The notes under the pieces: generated by a model
Databases searched by the model: none
The model's input: only the letters and a program-made list of their open reading frames with translations
What the model was told of the DNA's origin: nothing
Part shown: positions 1 to 9,566 of the stretch, in pieces
Numbering within the stretch: position 1 is the first letter of the stretch
Layout: each line of letters opens with the position of its first letter
Position numbers and translations under genes: made by a program
Source: a virus
Length of the DNA: 40,320 nucleotides
UHGV virus genome: UHGV-1432856
Reading direction: 5' to 3' (one strand)

Positions 1-1477
1 CACCGGTGCTGATACCGGCATAGTCATCATCGCAGATTTCAATAACATCGCCCGGTACATGGCGAAGCCCTTCTGCGCCGACGCTGAAATCCACGGTCTG
101 CGTCTCCAGCAGCTCCGTTTTAATCAGCCACAGCCCGGCGCGGTGTGCCTGCCCCCGGCTGGTACAGCCAAAGGCATCCATCTTCGTGACATTACGACCG
201 TAACGGGCAATGGCCTGCGTATCTTCAACAAGCTCTGTCGCCGTCTCCCAGCCGTTATCCGGGTCAATCCAGTTCACCTCAACGGCATTATGGCGGTCCT
301 TCAGGGCGCTGAAACTGTAGCGGAACGGCGCGCCATCATCCGGCATCACCACATTACTGCGGTTATAGGTCCATACCTTATCCGATGGCCGGTCCTGCAC
401 GAACGTCAGCGTCTGCCCGTTCCATACCGGCATACAGCGCATCGCCGAGCAGAAATCACTGAGCACATCCCACGCCTTGCGCTGTGTGGTCAGGTAAGCG
501 TTACAGGTGATGCGCGGCTCCGTGCCGCCAAAGCCGTCCGGCACCGACTGGTCGCAATTCTGGCCGATGACATACAGCGCCCATTTATCCACATCCGCCG
601 CACCAAGACGTTTCCCCATGCCGTAGCGCGGATGGGTCAGCATATCCCACAGACACCAGGCCATGTTGTTGCTGTATGCCGGTTTTAACGTTCCGTCCCA
701 GATACCGCTGTATTGCCGCGTCTGCGGGTTATAGTTCGACGGCACCTGCAGAATGCGCCCGCGAAGATGATAATTACGGCTCACCTGCTGGCTGCCGAAC
801 TGCTCCGAGTCCACCTGCACGCCAACCAGTGCCGTGTTCGGGTAGCACTGTTTCACATCGATGATCTCGGTGTATGACGACCAGAGCGTTTTGTTCTGCA
901 GCTGGTCTGTGGTGCTGTCCGGCGTCATCCTGCGCATCCGGATATTGAACGGGCGCGGCGGCAGGTTATCCACCACCACCGAGGCCAGATACTGCGAGGT
1001 GGTTTTGCCCTTAATGGTGATGTCTTTTTCCGTCACCCAGCCACCGTTACGCTGTATCTGAACCAGCAGGCGAACTTCCGACGGATTCCTGTCACCCTTT
1101 GAGGTGGTTTCCACCAGTGCCTGCACACCGAAGGTAAAGCGCAGACGGTCGATGTTTGCAGACGTGATGGTCCGGGTGATCGGCGTGTCGTATTTCACTT
1201 CCGTACCCAGCACCGTCTCGGAGCCGGAGGATTCAAACCCCTCCGGCGGTGTCTGCTCCTGTTCACCTGCCCGGAACACCACCGTGACACCGGCGATGTT
1301 GGTATTCCCCTCACTGTCCAGCACCGGTGTACTGTTCAGCAGCACGCTTTTTAATCCATCCACCGGACCTTCAATCGGCCCTTCACTGATGGCGTCTATC
1401 ACGCTCAGCATCTGCGTGGACTTCAGGTTGTCCTTCGCTTCGCGCGGGGTATGCCCCTTACTGCTGCCTTTACCCAT
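1..1477 (-). CDS. J: lambda-type tail tip / host specificity protein J, N-terminal part only (3' end lies beyond window start)
   Basis: Reverse complement upstream of 1477 translates to MGKGSSKGHTPREAKDNLKSTQMLSVIDAISEGPIEGPVDGLK..., the lambda J N-terminus as recalled; start codon at 1475-1477; the plus-strand ORFs at 59-1511 are its antisense shadow. Confidence 0.9.
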   Translation of the reverse strand, partial: MGKGSSKGHTPREAKDNLKSTQMLSVIDAISEGPIEGPVDGLKSVLLNSTPVLDSEGNTNIAGVTVVFRAGEQEQTPPEGFESSGSETVLGTEVKYDTPITRTITSANIDRLRFTFGVQALVETTSKGDRNPSEVRLLVQIQRNGGWVTEKDITIKGKTTSQYLASVVVDNLPPRPFNIRMRRMTPDSTTDQLQNKTLWSSYTEIIDVKQCYPNTALVGVQVDSEQFGSQQVSRNYHLRGRILQVPSNYNPQTRQYSGIWDGTLKPAYSNNMAWCLWDMLTHPRYGMGKRLGAADVDKWALYVIGQNCDQSVPDGFGGTEPRITCNAYLTTQRKAWDVLSDFCSAMRCMPVWNGQTLTFVQDRPSDKVWTYNRSNVVMPDDGAPFRYSFSALKDRHNAVEVNWIDPDNGWETATELVEDTQAIARYGRNVTKMDAFGCTSRGQAHRAGLWLIKTELLETQTVDFSVGAEGLRHVPGDVIEICDDDYAGISTG

Positions 1478-1537
1478 TCCTCACGCTCCAGAAACGACAA
1501 AACCGCCCTGAGGCGGTTTCACACAAAACATTCTGCA

Positions 1538-2209
1538 TCAACGACCAATCACCACAACCTGACCACCATCTCCTTCATCTGCCGTGCTGATCTCCTGCGA
1601 AATCACCCGTGACCCCACGCGCATTTCACCGTACAGAACCGGCAGAACATTGCCCTGGGCAACCATGTTATCCAGTGAGGAGAAATAGGTGTTCTGCTTA
1701 CCGTTATCCGTTGTCTGTGTGCGGGGAGTTCTGGCTTTCGGTGCCAGCATCTGAGCCACACCGCCGAGCACCATACTGGCACCGAGAGAAAACAGAATGC
1801 CGGTCATACCACCGGCCCCAATGGCTGTCCCCCATGCTGCAAGGGTGGCTCCGGCGGTAAAGAATGATCCGGCAATGGCGGCTGCCCCCAGGACAATCTG
1901 GAATACGCCACCTGACTTGGCCCCGGCGACTCTGGGAACGATATGAATCACAGCGCCGTCAGGCAGATCCTCATGTAACTGCGCCGTTAATCCGGACGTG
2001 CTGACATCCTGCCCGGCAATACGTACCTGATACCAGCCGTCGCTCAGTTTCTGACGAAACGCAGGGAGCTGTGTGGCCAGCGCCCGGATGGCTTCGGCCC
2101 CCGTTTTCACACGAAGGTCGATGCGGCGGCCAAATCGTTGTAAATCCCCGTAAAGGCAGATGCGCGCCATGCCCGGTGACGCCAGAGGGAGTGTGTGCGT
2201 CGCTGCCAT
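1538..2209 (-). CDS. I: tail assembly protein I
   Basis: 223 aa, MAATHTLPLASPGMARICLYGDLQRFGRR... matches lambda gpI; glycine-rich hydrophobic C-terminal half; about 60 nt gap to J as in lambda. Confidence 0.9.
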   Translation of the reverse strand: MAATHTLPLASPGMARICLYGDLQRFGRRIDLRVKTGAEAIRALATQLPAFRQKLSDGWYQVRIAGQDVSTSGLTAQLHEDLPDGAVIHIVPRVAGAKSGGVFQIVLGAAAIAGSFFTAGATLAAWGTAIGAGGMTGILFSLGASMVLGGVAQMLAPKARTPRTQTTDNGKQNTYFSSLDNMVAQGNVLPVLYGEMRVGSRVISQEISTADEGDGGQVVVIGR

Positions 2210-2850
2210 TTGTCGGTGTACCTCTCTCGTTTGCTCAGTTGTTCAGGAATATGGTGCAGCAGCTCGCCGTCGCCGCAGTAAATTGCGGCGTGATTCGGCA
2301 CCGATGAACCAAAACAGCACAGCAGCACATCGCCCGGCTGTGCCGCTGACAACGGCACCTGATACAGCCCCGTCGCCTCCAGATTATCCAGATAGAGATT
2401 CTGGCCGTTACGCCACCAGTCATCCTCACGATGAAAGTCCGGCATCCCAATCCCCGCCAGATGATAAGCATCCCGGAACAGTGTGTAACAGTCCGTCACA
2501 CCGTGCCCAAAGCGCCGCCCGGTGAGATGCGGCACACAGCGGAACTTATGAATCGTCCCCCGGCAGACCAGCCACCACGGCAAATCACTCTGCACCTGCA
2601 GCCGCCGGTCGGCCTCACTCAGCCAGGGCAGACCACCGGGGTGGCTGTGGACCAGCGCCACAATCTCACCCTGCATCTCTGCCCGCAGCCAGTCCTCCGG
2701 CGACATCCGGAAATACGCCTCCGGCTCACCGGAGATATTCACGCAGGGAAAATATCTTTCCCCTTCCGGCGTTCTCACCACGAAGCCGCACGACTCCGCT
2801 GGCGCACATCGCCGGGCGTGCGCCAGAATCGCTGATTCTGTCTCTGTCAT
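2107..2850 (-). CDS. K: tail assembly protein K (MPN/JAB plus NlpC/P60 peptidase-like)
   Basis: HSHPGG (JAB-like) and DCYTLF (NlpC/P60 Cys) motifs; 103-nt overlap with I as in lambda. Canonical lambda annotation starts at the internal Met (about 2706, 199 aa); the longer ORF from 2850 is reported here. Confidence 0.8.
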   Translation of the reverse strand: MTETESAILAHARRCAPAESCGFVVRTPEGERYFPCVNISGEPEAYFRMSPEDWLRAEMQGEIVALVHSHPGGLPWLSEADRRLQVQSDLPWWLVCRGTIHKFRCVPHLTGRRFGHGVTDCYTLFRDAYHLAGIGMPDFHREDDWWRNGQNLYLDNLEATGLYQVPLSAAQPGDVLLCCFGSSVPNHAAIYCGDGELLHHIPEQLSKRERYTDKWQRRTHSLWRHRAWRASAFTGIYNDLAAASTFV

Positions 2851-2855
2851 GGGAT

Positions 2856-3554
2856 TTACTGCGAAAGTTTGTTAATGGAAAGGAAGCCGCCAAAGTTGCC
2901 GACGTTATTGCGAAACTTACAGCCACTCAGGCATTTGCTGCATTTATCCTTCGTGATATCGGACGTCGGCTGGTCATATTCATCCGCGACAGCCGGACCA
3001 TGATAACCGCACTCATCACCGCGATAGGTCCAGGTGCAGGTGTTGGCCAGCATGATGCGCCCCGGAAAAACAGCACCATCCGTTTCCGTCGGTGTGGAGA
3101 GCACAAAGGAGGCACTGACCGCACTCAGTTCGCTGCACTGCTCGATGCGCCAGCGGCTGATCACCTCCTGCTCCGGATCGGCGTCGCTGTTTCCGTTGAC
3201 GAAGTTCACCGCATCCAGAAAACGGGCGTAAACCTTACGCCTGACCACCGTTCCGCCGACCAGACTCTGCAGGTCTTCCGCCATCCCGGTGACCATGCCG
3301 TGCAGGTTAGAGACCGTCAGTGTCGGACGGGCAGCACTGCCCTTACCGTTCAGTTCAAATCCCGTCCCCTGAATGGGGTATGCCTGATACTGCCGCCCCT
3401 GCCAGGTGACCGGCTCACCTTTTTCGTTCTGCTCATTACAGAAAAAATAACGTTCTCCACCAACCTCTGTCAGATCGATTTCCCAGAGCACCACGCAGGC
3501 AGACTGCTCCGCACGGGTGCATTCATTCAGTGTTTCCTGCCGGATATCCTGCAT
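2856..3554 (-). CDS. L: minor tail protein L
   Basis: 232 aa, MQDIRQETLNECTRAEQSA...KCSKCLSGCKFRNNVGNFGGFLSINKLSQ matches lambda gpL as recalled, including the C-terminal Cys cluster. Confidence 0.9.
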   Translation of the reverse strand: MQDIRQETLNECTRAEQSACVVLWEIDLTEVGGERYFFCNEQNEKGEPVTWQGRQYQAYPIQGTGFELNGKGSAARPTLTVSNLHGMVTGMAEDLQSLVGGTVVRRKVYARFLDAVNFVNGNSDADPEQEVISRWRIEQCSELSAVSASFVLSTPTETDGAVFPGRIMLANTCTWTYRGDECGYHGPAVADEYDQPTSDITKDKCSKCLSGCKFRNNVGNFGGFLSINKLSQ

Positions 3555-3883
3555 CAGTTCACCACCTGTTCAAACTCTGCGCTGAACTCAACACGTAACA
3601 TACTGACCCGCGACGACCATTTTGCGCAGGTCACCTTTATCTGCCTGTAACCATAAGGCGGCGTCCACAGAAAGCCCTTCCAGCCCCCGTGCTCAGCCAG
3701 AAACGACTCCAGCGCTGTTGCCTCCTCGCGGGAGACAGAAAGCGTCACGCTGTACGTTTTCAGGTTGGCATTCAGCCCGGCAGGCGCTCGCTGGGAATAG
3801 CCATCACCAAAGCGCACCTTTCTTACAGAAGGGGCCGAAGCCACATCCATACCGGGTTTCACTTTCCAGCGGAAGGTTTTCAT
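3554..3883 (-). CDS. M: minor tail protein M
   Basis: 109 aa, MKTFRWKVKPGMDVASAPSVRKVRFGDGYSQRAPAGLNANLKTYSVTLS... matches lambda gpM; start overlaps H stop. Confidence 0.9.
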   Translation of the reverse strand: MKTFRWKVKPGMDVASAPSVRKVRFGDGYSQRAPAGLNANLKTYSVTLSVSREEATALESFLAEHGGWKGFLWTPPYGYRQIKVTCAKWSSRVSMLRVEFSAEFEQVVN

Positions 3884-6441
3884 CGTCCACCTCCGGAGAA
3901 CAGGCCACCATCACGCATCTGTGTCTGAATTTCATCACGGGCACCCTTGCGGGCCATGTCATACACCGCCTTCAGAGCAGCCGGACCTATCTGCCCGTTC
4001 GTGCCGTCGTTGTTAATCACCACATGGTTATTCTGCTCAAACGTCCCGGACGCCTGCGACCGGCTGTCAGCCAGACTGCCCGGTGTACCGACATAACCAC
4101 CGGTGGCATAGCCGCGCATCAGCCGGTAGAGATTCCCCACGCCAATCCGGCTGGTTGCCTCCTTCGTGAAGACAAATTCACCACGGTGAACAATCCCCGC
4201 TGGCTCATATTTGCCGCCGGTTCCTGTGAATCCTCCGGTTGCAAAATGGAATTTCGCCGCAGCGGCCTGAATGGCTGTACCGCCTGACGCGGATGCGCCG
4301 CCACCAACAGCCCCGCCAATGGCGCTGCCGATACTCCCGACAATCCCCACCATTGCCTGCTTAAGCAGAATTTCTGTCATCATGGACAGCACGGAACGGG
4401 TGAAGCTGCGCCAGTTCTGCTCACTGCCGGTCAGCATCGCTGCCATATTCTGTGCAATACCATCAAAGGTCTGCGTGGCTGCACTTTTTACCTGCGACAT
4501 ACTGTCCGTGGCGCTCTCTTCCCACTCACTCCAGCCGGACTTCAGGCCTGCCATCCAGCTCCCGCGAAGCTGGTCTTCAGCCGCCCAAGTCTTTTTCTGC
4601 TCTGACATGACGTTATTCAGCGCCAGCGGATTATCGCCATACTGTTCCTTCAGGCGCTGTTCCGTGGCTTCCCGTTCTGCCTGCCGGTCAGTCAGCCCCC
4701 GGCTTTTCGCATCAATGGCGGCCCGTTTTGCCCGTTGCTGCTGTGCGAATTTATCCGCCTGCTGCGCCAGCGCGTTCAGGCGCTCCTGATACGTAACCTT
4801 GTCGCCAAGTGCAGCCAGCTGGCGTTTGTACTCCAGCGTCTCATCTTTATGCGCCAGCAGGGATTTCTCCTGTGCAGACAGCTGGCGACGTTGCGCCGCC
4901 TCCTCCAGTACCGCGAACTGACTCTCCGCCTTCCACAAATCCCGGCGCTGCTGGCTGATTTTCTCATTTGCTCCGGCATGCTTCTCCAGCGTCCGGAGTT
5001 CTGCCTGAAGCGTCAGCAGGGCAGCATGAGCACTGTCTTCCTGACGATCGCCCGCAGACACCTTCACGCCGGACTGTTTCGGCTTTTTCAGCGTCGCTTC
5101 ATAATCCTTTTTCGCCGCCGCCATCAGCGTGTTGTAATCCGCCTGCAGGATTTTCCCGTCTTTCAGTGCCTTGTTCAGTTCTTCCTGACGGGCGGTATAT
5201 TTCTCCAGCGGCGTCTGCAGCCGTTCGTAAGCCTTCTGCGCCTCTTCGGTATATTTCAGCCGTGACGCTTCGGTATCGCTCTGCTGCTGCGCATTTTTGT
5301 CCTGTTGAGTCTGCTGCTCAGCCTTCTTTCGGGCGGCTTCAAGCGCAAGACGGGCCTTTTCACGATCATCCCAGTAACGCGCCCGCGCTTCATCGTTAAC
5401 AAAATAATCATCCTTGCGCAGATTCCAGATGTCGTCTGCTTTCTTAAACGCAGCCTCTGCCTTAATCAGCATCTCCTGCGCGGTATCAGGACGACCAATA
5501 TCCAGCACCGCATCCCACATGGATTTGAAGGCCCGCGCTGTCCTGTCTGCCCAGGTCTCCAGCGTGCCCATGTTCTCTTTCAGGCGGCGGGTCTGGTCAT
5601 CAAACCCTTTCGTTGCGGCCTCGTTCGCCGCCTGCAATGCCCCGGCTTCATCGCCGGAACGCTGCAACTGAGCAACATACGCAATCTGCTCCGCCGTCAC
5701 GTTATGGAACTGGCGTGCCATCGCTGTCAGCCCTGACGTCGGGTCTGTGGTCAGCTTCCCGAAGGCTTCAGCGACCTTGTCCACCTCCACGCCGGATGCA
5801 GAAGAGAAACGCGCCACACTCTGGCTGATGGACGCAATCTGAGCCTCACCGCTTACCCCCGCCTTAACCAGTGCACTGAGTGACTCGCTGGTCTGGTTAA
5901 ACGTCAGCCCTGCCGCCTGCCCGGCTCTGGACAGGACCAGCATACGATCTGCCGTCAGACCCGACTGATTACCGGAAAGGACCAGCGTTTTGTTGAAATC
6001 GGACAGGGTTGAGTCACCCTGATACCAGGCATACGCCAGCGCACCGGTCGCCACCGCCAGCGAGGTGGCCCCGACCATCGGCAGGGTGATCGCACCGGCA
6101 AGCCCCCGGAACATGGGGATCATCCCGCCGAAGGAGTCCTTAACCTGACCACCCTGTTGCAGCAGGATCAGCCACGGGCTTTGCCCGCCTGCAAGCTGCG
6201 TGGCCACGTCGGTGAACTGTGCAGGCAGCATACGCATGGCGGCTTTATACTGCCCGACGGAAATCCCCGCTTTCTGTGCAGCCAGCGCCTGTCGGCTCAG
6301 CGACTTTTCAACGACTGCCGCTGTTTTTTTCGCATCAGTTTCCGTGCCGGAAAAATGACGCCTGACTCTGGCCATCTGCTCGTCAAATCTGGCCGCATCC
6401 AGACTTAAATCAACGACCAGATCGCCTACCGGTTCAGCCAT
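3880..6441 (-). CDS. H: tail tape measure protein H
   Basis: 853 aa, the same length as lambda gpH; coiled-coil-rich centre and glycine-rich hydrophobic C-terminal segment; 8-nt overlap with the upstream T frame as in lambda. Confidence 0.95.
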   Translation of the reverse strand: MAEPVGDLVVDLSLDAARFDEQMARVRRHFSGTETDAKKTAAVVEKSLSRQALAAQKAGISVGQYKAAMRMLPAQFTDVATQLAGGQSPWLILLQQGGQVKDSFGGMIPMFRGLAGAITLPMVGATSLAVATGALAYAWYQGDSTLSDFNKTLVLSGNQSGLTADRMLVLSRAGQAAGLTFNQTSESLSALVKAGVSGEAQIASISQSVARFSSASGVEVDKVAEAFGKLTTDPTSGLTAMARQFHNVTAEQIAYVAQLQRSGDEAGALQAANEAATKGFDDQTRRLKENMGTLETWADRTARAFKSMWDAVLDIGRPDTAQEMLIKAEAAFKKADDIWNLRKDDYFVNDEARARYWDDREKARLALEAARKKAEQQTQQDKNAQQQSDTEASRLKYTEEAQKAYERLQTPLEKYTARQEELNKALKDGKILQADYNTLMAAAKKDYEATLKKPKQSGVKVSAGDRQEDSAHAALLTLQAELRTLEKHAGANEKISQQRRDLWKAESQFAVLEEAAQRRQLSAQEKSLLAHKDETLEYKRQLAALGDKVTYQERLNALAQQADKFAQQQRAKRAAIDAKSRGLTDRQAEREATEQRLKEQYGDNPLALNNVMSEQKKTWAAEDQLRGSWMAGLKSGWSEWEESATDSMSQVKSAATQTFDGIAQNMAAMLTGSEQNWRSFTRSVLSMMTEILLKQAMVGIVGSIGSAIGGAVGGGASASGGTAIQAAAAKFHFATGGFTGTGGKYEPAGIVHRGEFVFTKEATSRIGVGNLYRLMRGYATGGYVGTPGSLADSRSQASGTFEQNNHVVINNDGTNGQIGPAALKAVYDMARKGARDEIQTQMRDGGLFSGGGR

Positions 6442-6670
6442 ACCGGACTCCTCCTGCGATCCCTTCTGATACTGTCATCAGCATTACGTCATCCTCCGTC
6501 ATGTCCGCCACATCCGGGGAAGCGGGGATAACTTCTTTCCCATCCGGGCCAAAACGAACGCCTCCGGCAAGCCCTGCTGCTTTCTGCATCAGCACATCAT
6601 CTTCAGGCTCTTCGTCAGCCTCGCGCCGGTTCAGCAGACTGAAATCCAGCGGATGCATATCCGGATCGCT
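6434..6670 (-). pseudogene. T: 3' fragment of the T segment of the G-T tail assembly chaperone; 5' part and gene G missing
   Basis: Frame ends exactly 8 nt inside the H start, as lambda T does; the frame stays open only to 6721, and composition turns AT-rich above about 6670; where G, V and U should follow there are Mu-like genes instead. Confidence 0.55.
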
Positions 6671-6680
6671 GAAAAACAGG

Positions 6681-6814
<134 letters not shown>

Positions 6815-6842
6815 AGAACTCGCGCCAGCCTGATTGCAGATA

Positions 6843-7232
6843 TTACTCTTTTTTCTCCGTATCTGCATCGGGTTCATCAGCAAATAGCTTGCCCTGCATC
6901 CGATCCAGTTCTTCTTTTCTTACCCGCTTAACCACGCTGTAGACCCACTGAAGCGAAACACCAAATTTGCGGGCCAGTTCGTGGTGGTTGCGTCCGTTAA
7001 ACTCCCTGAAGATTTCCCGGTCGCGCTGACTGACCTTCCATACCATGCCCATCGGGAAATAAACGTTTTGCCCGCCCCAGACCTGCATCATTCGGTTCGC
7101 GACGGCCTGACCAATCTGGTCGGCAACTTCGGGCTCAATATCAATAATCTCGCGAACGGTCTCAGAGGTATGCTGTGCCAGTTCCACCAGGAGTTCCGGC
7201 CCCTTACTTCGAAACTGATTCAGGTCGCTCAT
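6843..7232 (-). CDS. mor: Mor/C-family late transcription activator
   Basis: 129 aa (same length as Mu Mor); C-terminal HTH region FNGRNHHELARKFGVSLQWVYSVVKR resembles the Mor/C family; follows GemA as in Mu. Confidence 0.75.
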   Translation of the reverse strand: MSDLNQFRSKGPELLVELAQHTSETVREIIDIEPEVADQIGQAVANRMMQVWGGQNVYFPMGMVWKVSQRDREIFREFNGRNHHELARKFGVSLQWVYSVVKRVRKEELDRMQGKLFADEPDADTEKKE

Positions 7233-7653
7233 GTTTGACTCCCGCAGCTCTGCGCTGCCACTTCTTCAGTTTCTCAATAACACTGCTTGCCTGTTCAGTA
7301 CTGAGCCAGCGCAGGGCGCTGATGCCCGTTTCCCGCTTGATCCACCTCGCTAATGCATTTTCTGAACGGTCACGAACAATGCCGGCAGCAGCCATTTCAA
7401 GCCATAGCGCACGAATTTTCCTGGACTGCGGATGGTTATCCAGCGGTAAACCGGAGCTGGCTTTTCTGGCTGGTTTAACGCGAAAGCCTTTCTTTTTCAT
7501 GGATTCCAGCACGCAGTTTAGTTGTGTGGTATCCATTCCTTTGGTTGAGGCTTTACCGGTCAGCCCCTGTAACATCTGGCGGTAGGTGTCTTCATCCATA
7601 CCCAGTTCATTACGGGCAATATGGATAAGCTGTATCAGGCGTTTTTTCTGCAT
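7204..7653 (-). CDS. gemA: GemA-like protein (Mu gp16 family, DUF1018-like)
   Basis: N-terminal LIQLIHIARNELGMDEDTYRQML typical of Mu gp16/GemA; lies immediately upstream of the mor-like gene. Confidence 0.7.
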   Translation of the reverse strand: MQKKRLIQLIHIARNELGMDEDTYRQMLQGLTGKASTKGMDTTQLNCVLESMKKKGFRVKPARKASSGLPLDNHPQSRKIRALWLEMAAAGIVRDRSENALARWIKRETGISALRWLSTEQASSVIEKLKKWQRRAAGVKHERPESVSK

Positions 7654-7654
7654 A

Positions 7655-7861
7655 TCATCTCCTTTTTTTCAGTCTGTCGGCAACAATGTCGGTTGCAGCT
7701 GGCAGGGTGACTGGCCAGAACAACATGACGGCGGTCATGTACAGGATGTAATGCGCGGTGTCGTAGTGCCTGCCATAGCCCAGGGAACGATGAAGTCTTG
7801 CGCTGCATGATCCTGCGTACATATACCAGAAAAGAAAACAGACAATGGTTTCAGTAGTCAT
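7655..7861 (-). CDS. small hydrophobic protein (68 aa)
   Basis: ATG at 7859-7861 preceded by GGAGG at 7 nt spacing; hydrophobic segments; the longer track ORF 7655-8017 overlaps the next gene out of frame, so the shorter start is used. Confidence 0.45.
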   Translation of the reverse strand: MTTETIVCFLFWYMYAGSCSARLHRSLGYGRHYDTAHYILYMTAVMLFWPVTLPAATDIVADRLKKRR

Positions 7862-8081
7862 TCTGAATACCTCCCCATTCGATATGAATATTACGGGCAG
7901 CAATGACAGGGTCGTTATTCCACCATGCACCTGACATGTATTTTTCAACCTGTTCGCGTCCGGCAATAACACCAATTGTGATCCCCGGCCTGACGTTCTT
8001 AAAAAAGGCGCGGGCAAAAAGGTATCTGGCAGATATTCGGCAGGCTTTTAATTTCCGGCTGTTACCTGATAGCGTAATCAT
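7851..8081 (-). CDS. hypothetical early protein (76 aa)
   Basis: ATGA start/stop overlap with the upstream gene at 8078-8081, suggesting translational coupling in the early operon. Confidence 0.45.
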   Translation of the reverse strand: MITLSGNSRKLKACRISARYLFARAFFKNVRPGITIGVIAGREQVEKYMSGAWWNNDPVIAARNIHIEWGGIQNDY

Positions 8082-8761
8082 CTGGCCTCCAGTTTCTGTT
8101 GTTCCTGCCCACTGACCGGGCGGTGCAGTCTGACGTTCTGCCCTTCACGAAACCCCGCATAGCGCGAGGCGTCGCCATTGCGGCTTCTTCCCGGTTTACG
8201 CGCCCTGGTGGTTTGCGTTTGCGGGTATTTATGTTCCAGCCACTGTTGCATCAGTTCACGCTCATCATCGGTCAGGGCAAAGGACTGTATTTCACTGATA
8301 ACGGCCAGTACCCAGCCTTCAGCAAACTGGTTTCCACGGCTGGTACGGGTGGCGTTTTTTATTCTTTTGTTCTGTGCGCTGATATACTGCTGACGCGCCT
8401 TTTTCAGTTGGCGGACCAGCACTTCCCAGGTGTATGCAGCCAGTGCCGCTCGTTCCCGGTTACCGTAGAACCCCACAGACGGATGCGTGCCGGGGTGAAT
8501 GATGGAGTTAACACCAAATGCCTCGCGGATGATGTTCATCAGGCCCAGCATGTAGCGCGGTGGACGGAGACTGCCTGTCGGCCAGTAATGACTGATGGTT
8601 TCATCAATATCACTCATAGCAATGTCGGAATGTGTGATGCCGTGAACATCCATCAGTTTACGGGCTCGGCGCAGTGCCAGAGCGGCCTCGTGCGGGTTGC
8701 CGGATGCGGCCAGCGCCAGCAACTTTTTCAGTTTCTCAATGTGTTTATTCTGGTCTGTCAT
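8078..8761 (-). CDS. hypothetical early protein (about 227 aa; DUF2786-like N-terminus)
   Basis: Start taken at the Met (8759-8761) that forms an ATGA overlap with the upstream gene; KLKKLLALAASGNPHEAALALRRARKLM N-terminal motif; the track ORF extends to 8797. Confidence 0.5.
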   Translation of the reverse strand: MTDQNKHIEKLKKLLALAASGNPHEAALALRRARKLMDVHGITHSDIAMSDIDETISHYWPTGSLRPPRYMLGLMNIIREAFGVNSIIHPGTHPSVGFYGNRERAALAAYTWEVLVRQLKKARQQYISAQNKRIKNATRTSRGNQFAEGWVLAVISEIQSFALTDDERELMQQWLEHKYPQTQTTRARKPGRSRNGDASRYAGFREGQNVRLHRPVSGQEQQKLEAR

Positions 8762-8973
8762 TGTTCTGTATCTCCGGTATTTTTCTGCCGTTTCCATGCC
8801 CGGACAGCGTCGGACAGCTCTTTCAGGCTGTATGCTGCTTTAAGCTTTTCCCATAACCACTGTGTTGTTATGTGCATCAGCAGGGCAGCCAGGGCTGCCC
8901 CCGCACTGAGGCATGTCGCCAGGCCAGTAAGAATCAGTGTCCATGCGGTGATTTCCCTGAGTATGTCAGCCAT
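8758..8973 (-). CDS. small membrane protein (71 aa)
   Basis: Hydrophobic core WTLILTGLATCLSAGAALAALLM; GGGAGG ribosome-binding site upstream of the start. Confidence 0.45.
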   Translation of the reverse strand: MADILREITAWTLILTGLATCLSAGAALAALLMHITTQWLWEKLKAAYSLKELSDAVRAWKRQKNTGDTEQ

Positions 8974-8987
8974 TGAATGCCTCCCGG

Positions 8988-9284
8988 TTACTCGTTCGTG
9001 TAAATCACGCCCAGTCGTGCAGCCAGACGTTCCAGTTTTTTCTGTTTGTGGAAGTCAATCAGCCGGTCCATCCCCTGAAGGCGCAATTGCTCTGTCATGA
9101 TTTCCACGTCTGCCAGCTCTGCCGCGAGGTCACTTTCGCTGCCCTGTCCGTTCAGATTGCGGGCAGCACTGGCCGCCAGTTCAGCGGCCTCTTCTGTCAG
9201 TTTCAGGGCCTGTGCGTCCGGCCCGAAACGCTGCAGGGCCAGACGGTAGAGGGCGGTGCGGGTGAGTATGGTGTTCCGTGTCAT
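8988..9284 (-). CDS. small all-alpha protein, possibly MazG-like NTP pyrophosphohydrolase fold
   Basis: 98 aa with TEEAAELAA (EExxE-like) and ELADVEIMTEQL acidic motifs; GAGGG RBS; assignment tentative. Confidence 0.4.
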   Translation of the reverse strand: MTRNTILTRTALYRLALQRFGPDAQALKLTEEAAELAASAARNLNGQGSESDLAAELADVEIMTEQLRLQGMDRLIDFHKQKKLERLAARLGVIYTNE

Positions 9285-9293
9285 GCCGCGCCC

Positions 9294-9566
9294 TCAGTGC
9301 TTCCGGCTGACGGTGATGTGCAGGCCGCCTTCTGCAGTGGTTTCCATCCGGTACGGCACCTCATGCTCTGCCGTGTGGGTGAGTGTGTTCACCAGTACCT
9401 GCAGGGCAGCCGCCTTTCCGTTGGTCGCCACAATGGCCTGAGCGGCCATACTGATTAGTGCCGTCAGGACGTGCTTCACATCGGTGAGGTTGCGGCATTC
9501 ACACTCGTTGACATAGTGTTCAACAAGGGTTCGGGTGCGCTGTCGTGCTTCCTGTGGGGTAATCAT
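9294..9566 (-). CDS. hypothetical early protein (90 aa)
   Basis: ATGA overlap with the upstream gene at 9563-9566; no recognisable motif. Confidence 0.45.
   Translation of the reverse strand: MITPQEARQRTRTLVEHYVNECECRNLTDVKHVLTALISMAAQAIVATNGKAAALQVLVNTLTHTAEHEVPYRMETTAEGGLHITVSRKH

Larger units (their letters stand above)
1..6670. mobile_element. lambda-type prophage remnant (tail module J-I-K-L-M-H-T fragment), truncated inside gene T
   Basis: Minus-strand gene order, sizes and overlaps match the lambda tail region as I recall it; GC-rich; homology breaks off near 6660-6720. Confidence 0.8.

Noticed and set aside
59-1511. Plus-strand ORFs 59-688, 676-864, 861-1061 and 1104-1511
   Set aside because: Antisense to the lambda-type J gene, whose minus-strand translation is continuous and matches gpJ; the plus-strand products are low-complexity and Arg/His-rich.
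4271-5736. Several 140-180 aa plus-strand ORFs inside the H region
   Set aside because: Antisense shadow of the 853-aa tape measure gene; Cys/Arg/Leu-rich junk translations.
8099-9100. 333-aa plus-strand ORF
   Set aside because: Overlaps three minus-strand early genes that have good ribosome-binding sites and ATGA coupling; its translation is low-complexity (C, R, V rich).
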